Source of the DNA: an uncultured Planctomycetia bacterium
GTDB lineage: Bacteria; Omnitrophota; Gorgyraeia; Duberdicusellales; 4484-171
NCBI GenBank assembly: GCA_964629655.1
Contig: CAZVQU010000003.1
Location: 17,613 to 81,612, forward strand
Reading direction: 5' to 3'
DNA length: 64,000 nucleotides
Made by a program: the position numbers and the translations under genes. Positions 9,053-19,000 of the stretch are shown here, one piece after another (the first letter of the stretch is position 1; every line of letters starts with the position of its first letter). The notes beneath the pieces were generated by a model that worked only from the letters and a program-made list of their open reading frames with translations, was not told the origin of the DNA and ran no database searches.

Positions 9053-10192
9053 ATGATAAAGAAACCACTTCTTTTAAAGATTTATGAAGCCGCACCTATG
9101 CAACGCTGGAACGACCAGATCCGCACTGTCGAGCTGACCGAATTAGATAAACAGGCCCATAAAATGGTTATTGCCTATTGCTTGGGCAAGTGTGAAGAGG
9201 ATAACCAAACAAAAGGTTTTGATTGGGTTGAGGTAATTGAGGCCGGAATTTTTGAGTTTCTCCAGCGGATTGTAATCACTGATTTAAAGCCGGCGCTATT
9301 TCACCGGATAAAAGATAATAAAAAACAATATAAAAAGTTAAATCAGTGGGCCTATAAAGAAATAAGCCCGGTTATAAGCTCTTTGGGCGAGGGTTTTTGC
9401 GGGAGGTTTCAGAATTATTTATATGATCCTGAACGTAATGTGAATCGTAGGATCATAAGCGCCGCTCACTTCTGGGCTACTAAGTGGGAGTTTGATATTA
9501 TTGAGCGGGCTAACCCTAATGGTTATGCGATTGAGGAGATAAAAGAAGATATACGTACTAAACAGGAGAAGTATCAGGATCTCGGGAGCATGCAGAAACT
9601 GCTGCATTCTCAGAAATTAAAGGATTTTGTAGATATCTGCGGCCAGCTGAGATTCCAAATACGCTGGAGTCATCTCCATCGAGTTCCTAAAACCTCAGTC
9701 TTAGGGCATATGCTAATTGTGGCGATGCTAGCCTATTTATTCTCTTTAGAGATAAAAGCTGATAGTAAAAGGGTTATAAATAATTACTTTACCGGCCTAT
9801 TTCATGATTTACCAGAAGTTCTTACTCGTGATATAATTAATCCGGTAAAAAGAGCAGTCCAAGGATTAGAGGACTTAATTAAAGAATACGAGCGTTCTGC
9901 GATGGAGGCAAAGATATATAAGTTAATTCCTACAACCTGGCATCAAGCTATGCATATGTTTACTGAAAGTGAGTTTACCAATATTGTAGCCTCAGATGGT
10001 ACCGTAGAAAGAGACGGAGAACTTATAAAAGGCATTGACCAATTAGCAGCTTTTATTGAGGCTTATCTATCTTTGAAAAATGGCGTACAAAGTCAAGCCT
10101 TGGAGAGAGCAGTAGCCAATGTTAGAAAAGAATACCAGTCAAAGGCTCTTTGCGGTATAGATTTCGGCCAGATATATAGCGATTTTGATTGA
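9053..10192 (+). CDS. Tandem HD-domain phosphohydrolase (YfbR-like 5'-deoxynucleotidase fold; first repeat degenerate)
   Basis: Second repeat carries RWSHLHRVPKTSVLGHMLIVAM...LFHDLPEVLTRDI (H...HD metal motif). First repeat RWNDQIRTVELTELDKQAHKMVIAYCL is similar but lacks the HD dyad. Confidence 0.55.
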   Translation: MIKKPLLLKIYEAAPMQRWNDQIRTVELTELDKQAHKMVIAYCLGKCEEDNQTKGFDWVEVIEAGIFEFLQRIVITDLKPALFHRIKDNKKQYKKLNQWAYKEISPVISSLGEGFCGRFQNYLYDPERNVNRRIISAAHFWATKWEFDIIERANPNGYAIEEIKEDIRTKQEKYQDLGSMQKLLHSQKLKDFVDICGQLRFQIRWSHLHRVPKTSVLGHMLIVAMLAYLFSLEIKADSKRVINNYFTGLFHDLPEVLTRDIINPVKRAVQGLEDLIKEYERSAMEAKIYKLIPTTWHQAMHMFTESEFTNIVASDGTVERDGELIKGIDQLAAFIEAYLSLKNGVQSQALERAVANVRKEYQSKALCGIDFGQIYSDFD

Positions 10193-10295
10193 GGGGTTGA
10201 CTAAGGTCAAATTTTAAGGATAATGTCTATATATATAAGGTATAAGGTAGAGGCCTGTTCGTTGGCAGACCGGGAGAGGACAAAGGATAGTATTT

Positions 10296-10625
10296 ATGGA
10301 ACTAAAAGAAATTATCGAGAAGTGCAAGACTTTAAATATTTACGAAGAGAGATTTGTTACTGACAATTATTACGAAATCGTCTTTTACACTAAGGATAAT
10401 GACCAATGGATCAAGCTATTTACTGAGATTTTAGGTCCAGCGGCAAATCCAGCCGGGATAGCGCCGACTGAAGAGGATACTGAGTTAACTCAAAAGTATG
10501 GAGGAGTTAGGGATAACCAGACCTTATTCAAGAAAAAAGTGGGTCATCCTATCGTAGCTGTTATGTTTTGGCCTTGGCAGGATGGGGTTCGTACTACCCT
10601 CAAGGTAGCTCTTGTAGCAAAATAG
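10296..10625 (+). CDS. Hypothetical protein
   Basis: 109-aa ORF with RBS-like context. No recognisable motif. Confidence 0.3.
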   Translation: MELKEIIEKCKTLNIYEERFVTDNYYEIVFYTKDNDQWIKLFTEILGPAANPAGIAPTEEDTELTQKYGGVRDNQTLFKKKVGHPIVAVMFWPWQDGVRTTLKVALVAK

Positions 10626-10630
10626 TCATT

Positions 10631-10861
10631 ATGAAAAACTTCTTTAATAATATAAAAGGAATTTTCACCGGAGGCAAGAAATATAAGTGTCAGATCTGCG
10701 GGAGAATGATTCACGAGGCTCATTCCTTGGAGCATGCTAAGGCTGAAGAGTACTTACTTAATCTCATAAAAGAAGATCATCCTAAGTGGAAGCAGAAAGA
10801 TTTAACTTGTTCAGAGTGTATTGAATACTACCGCAAACTAATAAATCAAGCCGAAATTTAA
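10631..10861 (+). CDS. Small zinc-ribbon protein (CxxC...CxxC)
   Basis: MKNFFNN...CQICGRMIHEAH...CSECIEYYRK. Start taken at ATG 10631 to avoid overlap with upstream ORF. Confidence 0.35.
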   Translation: MKNFFNNIKGIFTGGKKYKCQICGRMIHEAHSLEHAKAEEYLLNLIKEDHPKWKQKDLTCSECIEYYRKLINQAEI

Positions 10862-10890
10862 ACCGTTAAATTTTTAATACAGGAGGAAGG

Positions 10891-11841
10891 ATGTTTAGAG
10901 AAAAAATCAAAGTATTTGACTGTACAATTCGTGACGGCGGCCTTATCAATAAACATAATTTTGATCATCGGTTTGTTCGGGAAGTCTATAAGGGTCTTTC
11001 AGCTGCCGGTGTAGATTATATGGAGATAGGTTACAAGAATTCTAAAAATTTGTTTTCCGCCTCTGAATATGGGATTTGGAAGTTCTGCGATGATGAAGAT
11101 GTTCGCAAAGTAACAAGAGGAGTAAAATCCAAGACTAAGATTTCGGTTATGGTTGATGTTGGCCGGGTAGACTTAAAAGATGTAAAGCCGGCAAGTCAAA
11201 GCCCGGTAGATATGATTCGGGTCGCCTCTTATGTCAAAGACATTGATAAAGCAATATATATGGTTAATCACTTTGCTGATAAAGGATATGAGACAACCAT
11301 TAATATTATGGCTATTTCCCGCGATCAGGGTAAAGAGCTAGAAGAGGCTTTGTATCAAATAGAGAAGGAAAGCAAAATTAATGCGCTTTATATTGTTGAT
11401 AGCTTTGGCGCTCTTTATCAGGAGCCGGTCGAGCTTCTAGTAAAGCTGTTTAAGGGTATTGTTAAGCGGGCTGAAATAGGATTCCATGGGCACAACCATC
11501 AGCAGCTTGCTTTTGGTAATACCATTGAGTCAATTATTCATGGGGCCAATTACCTTGATGCTACGGTCTATGGAATTGGCCGGGCTGCCGGGAATTGCCC
11601 TTTAGAGTTACTAGTCGGGTTTTTGAAGAACCCTAAATTTGACCTGCGGCCGATATTGGATTTGATATCCAAGGAATTTATTCCGCTAAGAGGAAAAATC
11701 GAGTGGGGTTATATTATTCCTTACGCAATCGCCGGGATGATGAATGAGCACCCTCGGGCTGCTATGGCTCTACGTAATAGTGACAAAAAAGAAAATTACC
11801 GCTCCTTTTACGAGAGTCTGATTAATACCGACTTGGATTAA
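10891..11841 (+). CDS. HMGL-like (DRE-TIM metallolyase / pyruvate carboxyltransferase family) enzyme
   Basis: N-terminus KIKVFDCTIRDGG...VDYMEIGY and later HGHNHQQLAFGNT match the HMGL-like aldolase/synthase fold. RBS AGGAGG. Confidence 0.55.
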   Translation: MFREKIKVFDCTIRDGGLINKHNFDHRFVREVYKGLSAAGVDYMEIGYKNSKNLFSASEYGIWKFCDDEDVRKVTRGVKSKTKISVMVDVGRVDLKDVKPASQSPVDMIRVASYVKDIDKAIYMVNHFADKGYETTINIMAISRDQGKELEEALYQIEKESKINALYIVDSFGALYQEPVELLVKLFKGIVKRAEIGFHGHNHQQLAFGNTIESIIHGANYLDATVYGIGRAAGNCPLELLVGFLKNPKFDLRPILDLISKEFIPLRGKIEWGYIIPYAIAGMMNEHPRAAMALRNSDKKENYRSFYESLINTDLD

Positions 11842-11896
11842 AGAAAGAACGTGGACATAAGTAAATCCAAAAAACCTTCCCGCATCTCTTTTAAGC

Positions 11897-12700
11897 ATGA
11901 GAGTATTTATAAGTGATTTACACTTAGGGGATGGATCAAGAACTGACGACTTCTCCCGTGATGAACATTTTCTGGAATTCTTAGAATTCGTAAAAATCGA
12001 AGCTAAAGAACTAATAATTTTGGGAGATTTTTTTGAGCTTTGGCAGGCCGATTTAGACCGGGTAGTATTTCGACACAGCCAAGTTATAAATAAATTACTT
12101 TCTTTAAGAGATAAGGTAAAGATAACTTACGTAATCGGAAATCACGATTACCTTCCCTTTATCAAATTTGCAAATTCTGGCTTGGGTATAACCACAGAGT
12201 ATCGCGACTCTAAAAGTGGGATTGTGGCTGAGCATGGCCATCGTTACGATGCCTTTAACCGTTATAAAAACCCTCTAAAAGCAATTAAATTTCCGCCCGG
12301 TAAGTACTTTGCTAAAGCTGTAGCCGGCCTTGAGAAGTTGGTTCATCCTGATATTGATATTTGGGTAAGGAAATCCTTAGTTGGATTGGATGAATTTCTG
12401 CAGGAGGCTATGGCTGTGCGTAATAAGGTTACGCCAGCAACAGAAGAGTATATCAAAAGAGGCGGACATTTTATTGAATTTGATAAAGCAGTAGAGGATC
12501 ATATTAAAGGCGGAGCAAGGATTGTTATTTTCGGCCATACCCATAAGGCTCAGCTCCAAAACTTCAACAAAGGGATATACGCAAACTGCGGAACATGGGT
12601 TGATGGTAATCTACCAACTTACATAGTCCATCAGGGAAAATCTATTGAGCTTAGAGAAGGTCTTACTCATAAGGTAATAAATATGATTAGATTAAATTGA
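11897..12700 (+). CDS. Calcineurin-like metallophosphoesterase (LpxH/UDP-diacylglucosamine hydrolase-like)
   Basis: RVFISDLHLGDG...LGDFFELW...GNHD...GHRYD...FGHTH phosphoesterase motif set. Confidence 0.7.
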   Translation: MRVFISDLHLGDGSRTDDFSRDEHFLEFLEFVKIEAKELIILGDFFELWQADLDRVVFRHSQVINKLLSLRDKVKITYVIGNHDYLPFIKFANSGLGITTEYRDSKSGIVAEHGHRYDAFNRYKNPLKAIKFPPGKYFAKAVAGLEKLVHPDIDIWVRKSLVGLDEFLQEAMAVRNKVTPATEEYIKRGGHFIEFDKAVEDHIKGGARIVIFGHTHKAQLQNFNKGIYANCGTWVDGNLPTYIVHQGKSIELREGLTHKVINMIRLN

Positions 12701-12768
12701 GGTTAATAAGGGTTAGTGATTACAATTTTCTATTTTTTTGGTATAATCTTTAAAGGGAGGTAATAGCA

Positions 12769-13320
12769 ATGAAGTTGGCGAAGCGGTTTTTTGTTGTACT
12801 AGTGGTCAGTATGTTTATTGGTTGTATTTATGGAGAAGGAGTAGGCATGGATGAAAAGATAGTAGTTTTAGAGACGAATCAGGGTGAAATAGAGATTAAA
12901 CTAATGCCTGAGGTTGCCCCAAAGGCTTGTGAGAACTTTATTGGGCTGGCTCAAAAGGGCTATTATGAGGGGATAATATTCCATAGAGTAATAAAGAATT
13001 TTATGATCCAGGGAGGAGACCCTACCGGAACCGGCAGGGGAGGCAGTTCGCTTTGGGGAGCGCCTTTTAAGGATGAGGTTATTAGCTCAGTAAAGTTTGA
13101 TAAACCGGGAATTTTGGCTATGGCAAACTCCGGACCCAATACTAATGGCAGCCAGTTTTTTATCACTACCGTTGTTACTCCGTGGCTTAATATGCGCCAT
13201 ACTATTTTTGGTGAAGTAATCTCAGGTTATGATGTGGTTGAAAAAATTGAGAATACAGCTGTTGGTGCAGGGAGTAAGCCAGTCGTCGATCAGAAAATAG
13301 TAAAAGCTTATTTAAAATGA
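12769..13320 (+). CDS. ppiB: Cyclophilin-type peptidyl-prolyl cis-trans isomerase, lipoprotein-like N-terminus
   Basis: FHRVIKNFMIQGGDPTGTGRGG...GILAMANSGPNTNGSQFFIT is a classical cyclophilin core. N-terminal signal with Cys (FIGC). Extended -10 tgGTATAAT upstream. Confidence 0.85.
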   Translation: MKLAKRFFVVLVVSMFIGCIYGEGVGMDEKIVVLETNQGEIEIKLMPEVAPKACENFIGLAQKGYYEGIIFHRVIKNFMIQGGDPTGTGRGGSSLWGAPFKDEVISSVKFDKPGILAMANSGPNTNGSQFFITTVVTPWLNMRHTIFGEVISGYDVVEKIENTAVGAGSKPVVDQKIVKAYLK

Positions 13321-13334
13321 AGAGGAGATAAGAA

Positions 13335-14063
13335 ATGATGCGTTCAGGCAATCCGGCTTTACGAAGAGATGTATTTACAAAGGTAAGGGCTACCTCTTCA
13401 GATAATGCTATGAGTATCCAGGGTACAGTCAATAAGACTTTTATTTTACTGTTTATTACCATACTTAGTGCTTCTTGGGTTTGGGACAATCCTGTCCGTT
13501 TTTTACCTTATGTCTGGCCAGCCTTAATAGCCGGAATGGTTATTGCTTTTGTAACGATTTTTAAAAAAGTTTGGTCTCCGGTTACCGCTCCTATCTATGC
13601 TATCGTCGAAGGGGTGGCCTTGGGCGTGATTTCAGCATTGATGGAGCGCTCGTATCCGGGTATTGTAATTCAGGCTGTGGGGCTAACCTTTTGCATATTA
13701 TTTTGTTTACTTATTGCTTATAAGTCTAAGATGATTAAAGTAACTGATAACCTTCGTTTGGGTATAGTGGCAGCAACCGGAGGAATTGCCTTGCTGTATA
13801 TTGTTAGTATGGTTATGGGAGTTTTTGGAACCAGAATCCCTTTTATCCATGAAGGTGGGCTAATCGGTATTGGTTTTAGTCTCTTTGTAATAGTTATAGC
13901 CTCCTTAAACTTAGTCCTTGATTTTGATTTTATTGAAAAAGGCGCTGAGTGCGGAGCTCCTAAGTATATGGAGTGGTATGGGGCATTCGGTCTTATATTG
14001 ACCCTTATTTGGCTTTATTTGGAAATTTTGCGGCTTTTAGCTAAGCTACAGAGCCGAAGATAA
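13335..14063 (+). CDS. Bax-inhibitor-1/YccA-family 7-TM membrane protein
   Basis: 242 aa, hydrophilic N-term (RSGNPALRRDVF...) followed by seven hydrophobic helices and charged C-terminus, as in BI-1/YccA. Confidence 0.5.
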   Translation: MMRSGNPALRRDVFTKVRATSSDNAMSIQGTVNKTFILLFITILSASWVWDNPVRFLPYVWPALIAGMVIAFVTIFKKVWSPVTAPIYAIVEGVALGVISALMERSYPGIVIQAVGLTFCILFCLLIAYKSKMIKVTDNLRLGIVAATGGIALLYIVSMVMGVFGTRIPFIHEGGLIGIGFSLFVIVIASLNLVLDFDFIEKGAECGAPKYMEWYGAFGLILTLIWLYLEILRLLAKLQSRR

Positions 14064-14099
14064 AATTTTTGCCAGAGCAAAAATAAAAGAAGGAGGAGA

Positions 14100-14648
14100 A
14101 TGAATCGATTAATGATATTTATTGATGCCGAATATGTGGTGTCTAAAATGCGAGATTTATGCGGCAAGAGGAGAGTTATCCGGCGTAACGATATTGATTG
14201 GAAGAATATAATTCAATGGATGACCGGAAAGAGAGGGTTAATCCGTGCCTATTACTATTCTTCACGGTTGAGCCAGGAAGAGAATCCTCAGACTTTTCAG
14301 GAACAGCAGGAATATCTAAAGCGTCTTAAATTAAATATTCCCTATTTTGAGATTAAATTAGGAAGACTAGTCAAAGTTCAGGGTGGATGGGTCCAGAAAG
14401 GTATAGATGTTAAAATTGCTTTGGATATGTTTTCAAATGCGGTTAAAAATCATTATGATACTGTTGCTTTGATTTCCGGAGATTCAGACTTTGCTGAGGT
14501 TATCAGCGAGATCAAAGAGCGTTACGGAAAGCACGTTGAGCTCTACACTTTTGATAAGTCAATCCATGAAGCCCTGCGGCTTGCTCCTGATAAACATATG
14601 GTGATTAGTGGCCAAACCGGACGCAAATACGGCTTTTGGTTTGACTAA
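14100..14648 (+). CDS. NYN/LabA-like domain protein
   Basis: MIFIDAEYV...[10 protein letters not shown]...[30 protein letters not shown] matches the LabA-like NYN nuclease fold. Confidence 0.65.
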   Translation: MNRLMIFIDAEYVVSKMRDLCGKRRVIRRNDIDWKNIIQWMTGKRGLIRAYYYSSRLSQEENPQTFQEQQEYLKRLKLNIPYFEIKLGRLVKVQGGWVQKGIDVKIALDMFSNAVKNHYDTVALISGDSDFAEVISEIKERYGKHVELYTFDKSIHEALRLAPDKHMVISGQTGRKYGFWFD

Positions 14649-14670
14649 TCCACTCATTTTTGCCTTCCTT

Positions 14671-14711
14671 GAGCCTTAAGGGAACTTCTTAGGCTATTTA
14701 TTTTTTTTCAA
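14671..14711 (+). terminator. Weak rho-independent terminator candidate (short stem + T-run) after NYN gene
   Basis: agcct...aggct 5-bp stem followed by atttattttttttc. Confidence 0.25.
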
Positions 14712-14717
14712 AAAAAG

Positions 14718-14746
14718 TTGATTTATCTTGAGTTTTCAGTATAATG
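14718..14746 (+). promoter_or_regulatory. sigma70 promoter TTGATT-16-TATAAT upstream of fusA
   Basis: TTGATTtatcttgagttttcagTATAAT, about 65 nt upstream of fusA start. Confidence 0.4.
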
Positions 14747-14810
14747 GCGGTTCGTTGTGCTTGAAATAGCCGTGAAGGTAGTAGTATGAGAATATAGATT
14801 AGGAGTAAAA

Positions 14811-16907
14811 ATGAGTCGTCAAGTAAAGCTAGAAAAGGTAAGAAATATAGGGATCATGGCCCATATTGATGCCGGTAAGACCACTTTAACCGAAAGGATT
14901 CTCTTTTATACCGGCCGGTCTCATAAGATCGGAGAGGTTCATGATGGTGCTGCCCAGATGGACTGGATGAAGCAGGAACAGGAGAGAGGGATTACTATTA
15001 CCTCAGCTGCTACCACCTGCCACTGGAGGGATTGTAGAATTAATATCATTGATACTCCCGGGCACGTCGATTTTACTGTTGAAGTAGAGAGGAGCCTGAG
15101 AATTCTAGATGGAGCAATAGCAGTATTTTGTGCTGTCGGAGGGGTTGAGCCCCAATCTGAGACAGTCTGGCACCAATCTAACAAATATGAGGTACCTAAG
15201 ATTGCTTTTGTTAATAAGATGGATAGGGTCGGAGCAGATTTCTTCGGTGTTGTTAAAAATATTGAATCTGATTTAGGAGCTAATGTAATCCCTTTACAGA
15301 TTCCTATTGGAGCTGAAGATAACTTTCGCGGTATTATTGATCTTATTGAGATGAAGGCCTATATTTATGATGACGAATCTTTAGGCAAGAACTTTCATGT
15401 TGAAGATATTCCTGATGACTATAAAGAAGTTGCTAAAAAATACCACCATATTATGGTCGAGAAGGCTGTAGAGCTGGAAGATTCCCTGATTGAGAAGTAT
15501 CTTGAGTCCGAAGATAAAATTACAGCTGAAGAATTAATTCCGGCAATTCGCAAAGGAACTATTGCTAATAAAATTGTTCCTGTTCTTTGCGGTTCAGCTT
15601 TCAAGAATAAGGGTGTGCAGAGATTGCTGGATGCTATAACTTTATATCTTCCGGCGCCGTCTGATCAGCCTTTGATAAAGGGAACTGATCCCTTAGATCC
15701 TGAAAAAGTTATTGAGAGGTTTTCTGCTGATGATCAGCCTTTTTCAGCCTTGGCTTTTAAGGTTCAGACTGATCCTCATATGGGTAAGTTAGTTTATTTT
15801 AGAGTTTACTCCGGTAAGCTTGATGCCGGGTCATACATTCTTAACGTTACTAAGGATAAAAAGGAGAGGGTGGGTAGGATTTTACAGATGCATGCTAATG
15901 AGCGCGAGAGTCGTTCTACCATTTATGCTGGTGATATTGCGGCAATTATTGGCTTAGATCATACCGTAACCGGTGATACTTTATCCAGCCCTGATAATCC
16001 GGTACTCTTAGAAGCCATTGAATTTCCAGCACCGGTAATGTCTATTAGTGCCAAACCGCAAAGCCGGGCTGATCAGGACAAGATATCCAAGGCCTTGTTG
16101 AAGTTGGCTGAAGAAGACCCGACCTTTACCGTACATACTGATCCCGAGACTGATGAGACGATTATCTCTGGCATGGGTGAGCTACACTTAGAAATTATCG
16201 TTGATCGCTTAAAGCATGAGTTTAGTGTCGAAGCAGTAGTAGGCCAGCCTAAAGTAGCCTATAAGGAGACAATATTAAGTACTGTTACTCAAGACTATAA
16301 GCATTCTAAACAAACTGGCGGGCGTGGCCAATATGGTCACGTAGTTATGGAAATAACACCGGCTAAGCCCGGAGAAGGTTTTGAATTTAAAAATTCTATT
16401 ACTGGAGGAAAGATTCCCCGTGAATATATTCCGGCAGTTGAGAAAGGTGTTATCGCAACAATGCAAAGAGGGGTTTATGCTGGATATCCAGTGGTTGACG
16501 TAAAGGTTAACCTTATTGATGGTTCTTATCACGATGTTGATTCTTCAGAGTTAGCCTTTAAACTTGCAGCTTCCGGATGCTTTAAAAGAGCCTTTATGCA
16601 AGGCATCCCAGTATTGCTCGAGCCACATATGTCTTTGGAAGTTACTACTCCTGAAGAACATGTCGGTAATATCGTCGGAAATATCTGCTCGCGTCGAGGA
16701 AAAGTCTTAGGGATTGATACTAAAGGCAACCAGCAGATAATTGCTGCTGAAGCTCCGCTTTCAGAAATGTTTGGTTATGCCACAACTCTACGCTCCTTAA
16801 GTAGTGGCCGAGCTGCCTATTCAATGCATTTTGAAAAATACGTAGAGGTTCCGGCAGCAATTTCCGAGAAGGTAATCGAAGAGAAGAAAAAGAGGGAAGG
16901 AAAGTAA
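14811..16907 (+). CDS. fusA: Translation elongation factor G
   Basis: 698 aa. G-domain motifs [21 protein letters not shown]. Full EF-G domain set. Confidence 0.9.
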   Translation: MSRQVKLEKVRNIGIMAHIDAGKTTLTERILFYTGRSHKIGEVHDGAAQMDWMKQEQERGITITSAATTCHWRDCRINIIDTPGHVDFTVEVERSLRILDGAIAVFCAVGGVEPQSETVWHQSNKYEVPKIAFVNKMDRVGADFFGVVKNIESDLGANVIPLQIPIGAEDNFRGIIDLIEMKAYIYDDESLGKNFHVEDIPDDYKEVAKKYHHIMVEKAVELEDSLIEKYLESEDKITAEELIPAIRKGTIANKIVPVLCGSAFKNKGVQRLLDAITLYLPAPSDQPLIKGTDPLDPEKVIERFSADDQPFSALAFKVQTDPHMGKLVYFRVYSGKLDAGSYILNVTKDKKERVGRILQMHANERESRSTIYAGDIAAIIGLDHTVTGDTLSSPDNPVLLEAIEFPAPVMSISAKPQSRADQDKISKALLKLAEEDPTFTVHTDPETDETIISGMGELHLEIIVDRLKHEFSVEAVVGQPKVAYKETILSTVTQDYKHSKQTGGRGQYGHVVMEITPAKPGEGFEFKNSITGGKIPREYIPAVEKGVIATMQRGVYAGYPVVDVKVNLIDGSYHDVDSSELAFKLAASGCFKRAFMQGIPVLLEPHMSLEVTTPEEHVGNIVGNICSRRGKVLGIDTKGNQQIIAAEAPLSEMFGYATTLRSLSSGRAAYSMHFEKYVEVPAAISEKVIEEKKKREGK

Positions 16908-16925
16908 ATACTCCCTAAAGGGTGT

Positions 16926-17762
16926 TTACTTAAATTTTTTTATCAGTTTAATCACACCCTGGGTAGTGTCTTCCGGCGTAGATGCTCCAGCAGTAACCCC
17001 GACACTAGAAACTCTCTTAAACCAATCCGGTTTAATCTCGTCTTTTGACTGGATCCAAAATGTTCGTTTATTTATTGATTTCGATATCTCGTATAGGCGT
17101 TTAGTATTGGCGCTAGTTTTTGAGCCAATAATAATCATAAGCTTATTTTTAGAAGCCATTTCTTTTATTTCTTTTTGCTTTCTTCGGGTCGGCTCACATA
17201 TGGTGTTAAAAAACTTCAATTCCCCAATATGCTTATTTAAGGCTTTGACGATTTTTAGAGTTTTTTCTAAATTTTGAGTAGACTGGACTACAACGGCGCC
17301 TTTTATCACTCCCTTAACCTTTTTGCTTATACCCTTATTGCTGTCAATTACTAGGACTTTTTTTCTCAACTGTCCTAGTATTCCCTGTACTTCATCATGT
17401 TTCTCCTCGCCGATTATTATAATTCGGTAGCCCTTTTTTTCATTTTCCTTAGCTATTTTATGGATTTCGCGAACCATCGGGCAGGTTGCGTCAATAATCT
17501 TATAGCCGAGAGCACGGACTTTTTTGTAAGTGTCGGTTGATATGCCGTGAGCTCTGATTATGAGAAATTTTCCTTTACCCTTGCCCAAGTGCTTAATCTT
17601 TTTAATCCCGGCTTCTTTAATCTGGTTTACTACCTCTTCATTGTGGACAATGTCTCCGAGCATCTCTACCTGTTTTTCCTTAGTAGCAGTTTTAAGAGCA
17701 ATCTCTAAGGCTCTCCTCACCCCGAAACAGAATCCAGCAGATTTGGCAAGCTTAATTTTCAT
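16926..17762 (-). CDS. ispH: 4-hydroxy-3-methylbut-2-enyl diphosphate reductase
   Basis: MKIKLAKSAGFCFGVRRALEIA N-terminus and conserved Cys positions of IspH/LytB. Confidence 0.85.
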   Translation of the reverse strand: MKIKLAKSAGFCFGVRRALEIALKTATKEKQVEMLGDIVHNEEVVNQIKEAGIKKIKHLGKGKGKFLIIRAHGISTDTYKKVRALGYKIIDATCPMVREIHKIAKENEKKGYRIIIIGEEKHDEVQGILGQLRKKVLVIDSNKGISKKVKGVIKGAVVVQSTQNLEKTLKIVKALNKHIGELKFFNTICEPTRRKQKEIKEMASKNKLMIIIGSKTSANTKRLYEISKSINKRTFWIQSKDEIKPDWFKRVSSVGVTAGASTPEDTTQGVIKLIKKFK

Positions 17763-17763
17763 A

Positions 17764-18798
17764 TTATTTTAATCCTTCAGCATACCAAGAGAGCAGATTT
17801 TTGTATTTTGGTTTCATTTTGGTCGTTTGCATTATAATCTTTGCCTTTTGGGTGAGGTTATTGATTTCTCCTTGAGCATAGCCCAAGGCTCCTGATTCCT
17901 TAGCGATTTTCCTCACCTTTAAAAGATCAGTTTTTGTTACTTTTCGTTTATGAAAAATATTTTCTATTAAAGATTTATTTTTTTTATTGGTGTGATTGTA
18001 AGCATACCAGATTAGGAGAGTTTTTTTTGATTCTTGAAGGTCTGATAGAGATGATTTACCGATTTTTTTCTCATCAAAGAGCATACTTAAGACATCATCT
18101 TTTATTTGAAAGGCCCGACCGAGGTAAAGGCTAAACTCAGAGAGTTTATTAATCTCCGCTTGCTTGGCTCCGGCTAGCATCGCACCCATTGAAAGTGGGG
18201 AAGCAAAGGTGTAGTGGGCAGTTTTGTAATCGTAGATCTTATAAATATCTTTTTTGCCTACTTCTTTAATTCTTTTTATTCCCGAAAGAAGTTCAATAAA
18301 CTCTCCGCAGCCAGTATGGACCGCAGCCTTAATGAATCTCTTTAAGGCTTTATCTTTGCGCTGAGATTCCTCTTTAATTGAGAGGAATGCCTTAATTGCC
18401 AGAGCATAGACAATATCTGCAGCTACAATTGCCAGGTCTTGGCCGTTAAATTTAATACTCTTATGTTTGGCTAGAAAATTATCAAATACTTTATGTAATG
18501 AGGGTTTGCCTCTGCGAGTATTGGATTTATCAATTATATCATCATGAATAAGGAAAAAGTCATGGAGGAGTTCTACGGAGAGAGCGCTTTGGTATAGGCC
18601 AGGGGCTTTTTTCTTGCTAAAACCCTCATACCCGACAATAAATAGAGCCGGGCGTATTCGTTTGCCATCTCTTAAAATGAAGTCGGTAGTGCTTTCCAAT
18701 AGTAGGGGCGATATTCTTCCCAAAGAGTAGATTTTATTAGCATTTTGCAGGAATTGGATAAGTTGGCCATCAATTTTTTTCTTTATTTGGTAAAACAT
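17764..18798 (-). CDS. Polyprenyl diphosphate synthase (IspA/GGPPS family)
   Basis: First and second Asp-rich motifs LIHDDIIDKSNTRRG and FQIKDDVLS. Adjacent to, and immediately upstream of, ispH. Confidence 0.8.
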   Translation of the reverse strand: MFYQIKKKIDGQLIQFLQNANKIYSLGRISPLLLESTTDFILRDGKRIRPALFIVGYEGFSKKKAPGLYQSALSVELLHDFFLIHDDIIDKSNTRRGKPSLHKVFDNFLAKHKSIKFNGQDLAIVAADIVYALAIKAFLSIKEESQRKDKALKRFIKAAVHTGCGEFIELLSGIKRIKEVGKKDIYKIYDYKTAHYTFASPLSMGAMLAGAKQAEINKLSEFSLYLGRAFQIKDDVLSMLFDEKKIGKSSLSDLQESKKTLLIWYAYNHTNKKNKSLIENIFHKRKVTKTDLLKVRKIAKESGALGYAQGEINNLTQKAKIIMQTTKMKPKYKNLLSWYAEGLK

Positions 18799-18963
18799 TG
18801 ATTTATACTAGCATACAATAATATTAGAGGCAAATGAAAAATCTATTCAAACTTCTTGCAAACTTACAGGAGAATTATAGAATGCATCTAAGGAGGAAGG
18901 AGGCCTGTGGTTTTTGGTAAAGTAGTTAAATCTAAGGCTAAGAAAAAGAGGAAAAATAAACCC

Positions 18964-18991
18964 TTGACAAATGATACCAAACTGGTATCAT
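18964..18991 (+). promoter_or_regulatory. Promoter TTGACA-16-TATCAT with embedded palindromic operator GATACCA-aac-TGGTATC (copy 1)
   Basis: cccTTGACAaatGATACCAaacTGGTATCATc. Near-identical copy at 25028-25055. Probable TSS about 18998, so the GT2 gene (ATG 19001) would be leaderless. Confidence 0.45.
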
Positions 18992-19000
18992 CTCTACAAG

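Noticed and set aside
14939-16729. Minus-strand ORFs inside fusA (14939-15184, 15419-15604, 16275-16532, 16529-16729)
   Set aside because: Antisense to an unambiguous EF-G CDS.
18971-19000. Track start ATG 18971 for the GT2 gene
   Set aside because: This ATG is part of the operator palindrome (ATGATACCA). The conserved GT2 N-terminus (MISCIIPVYNEE) begins at ATG 19001.
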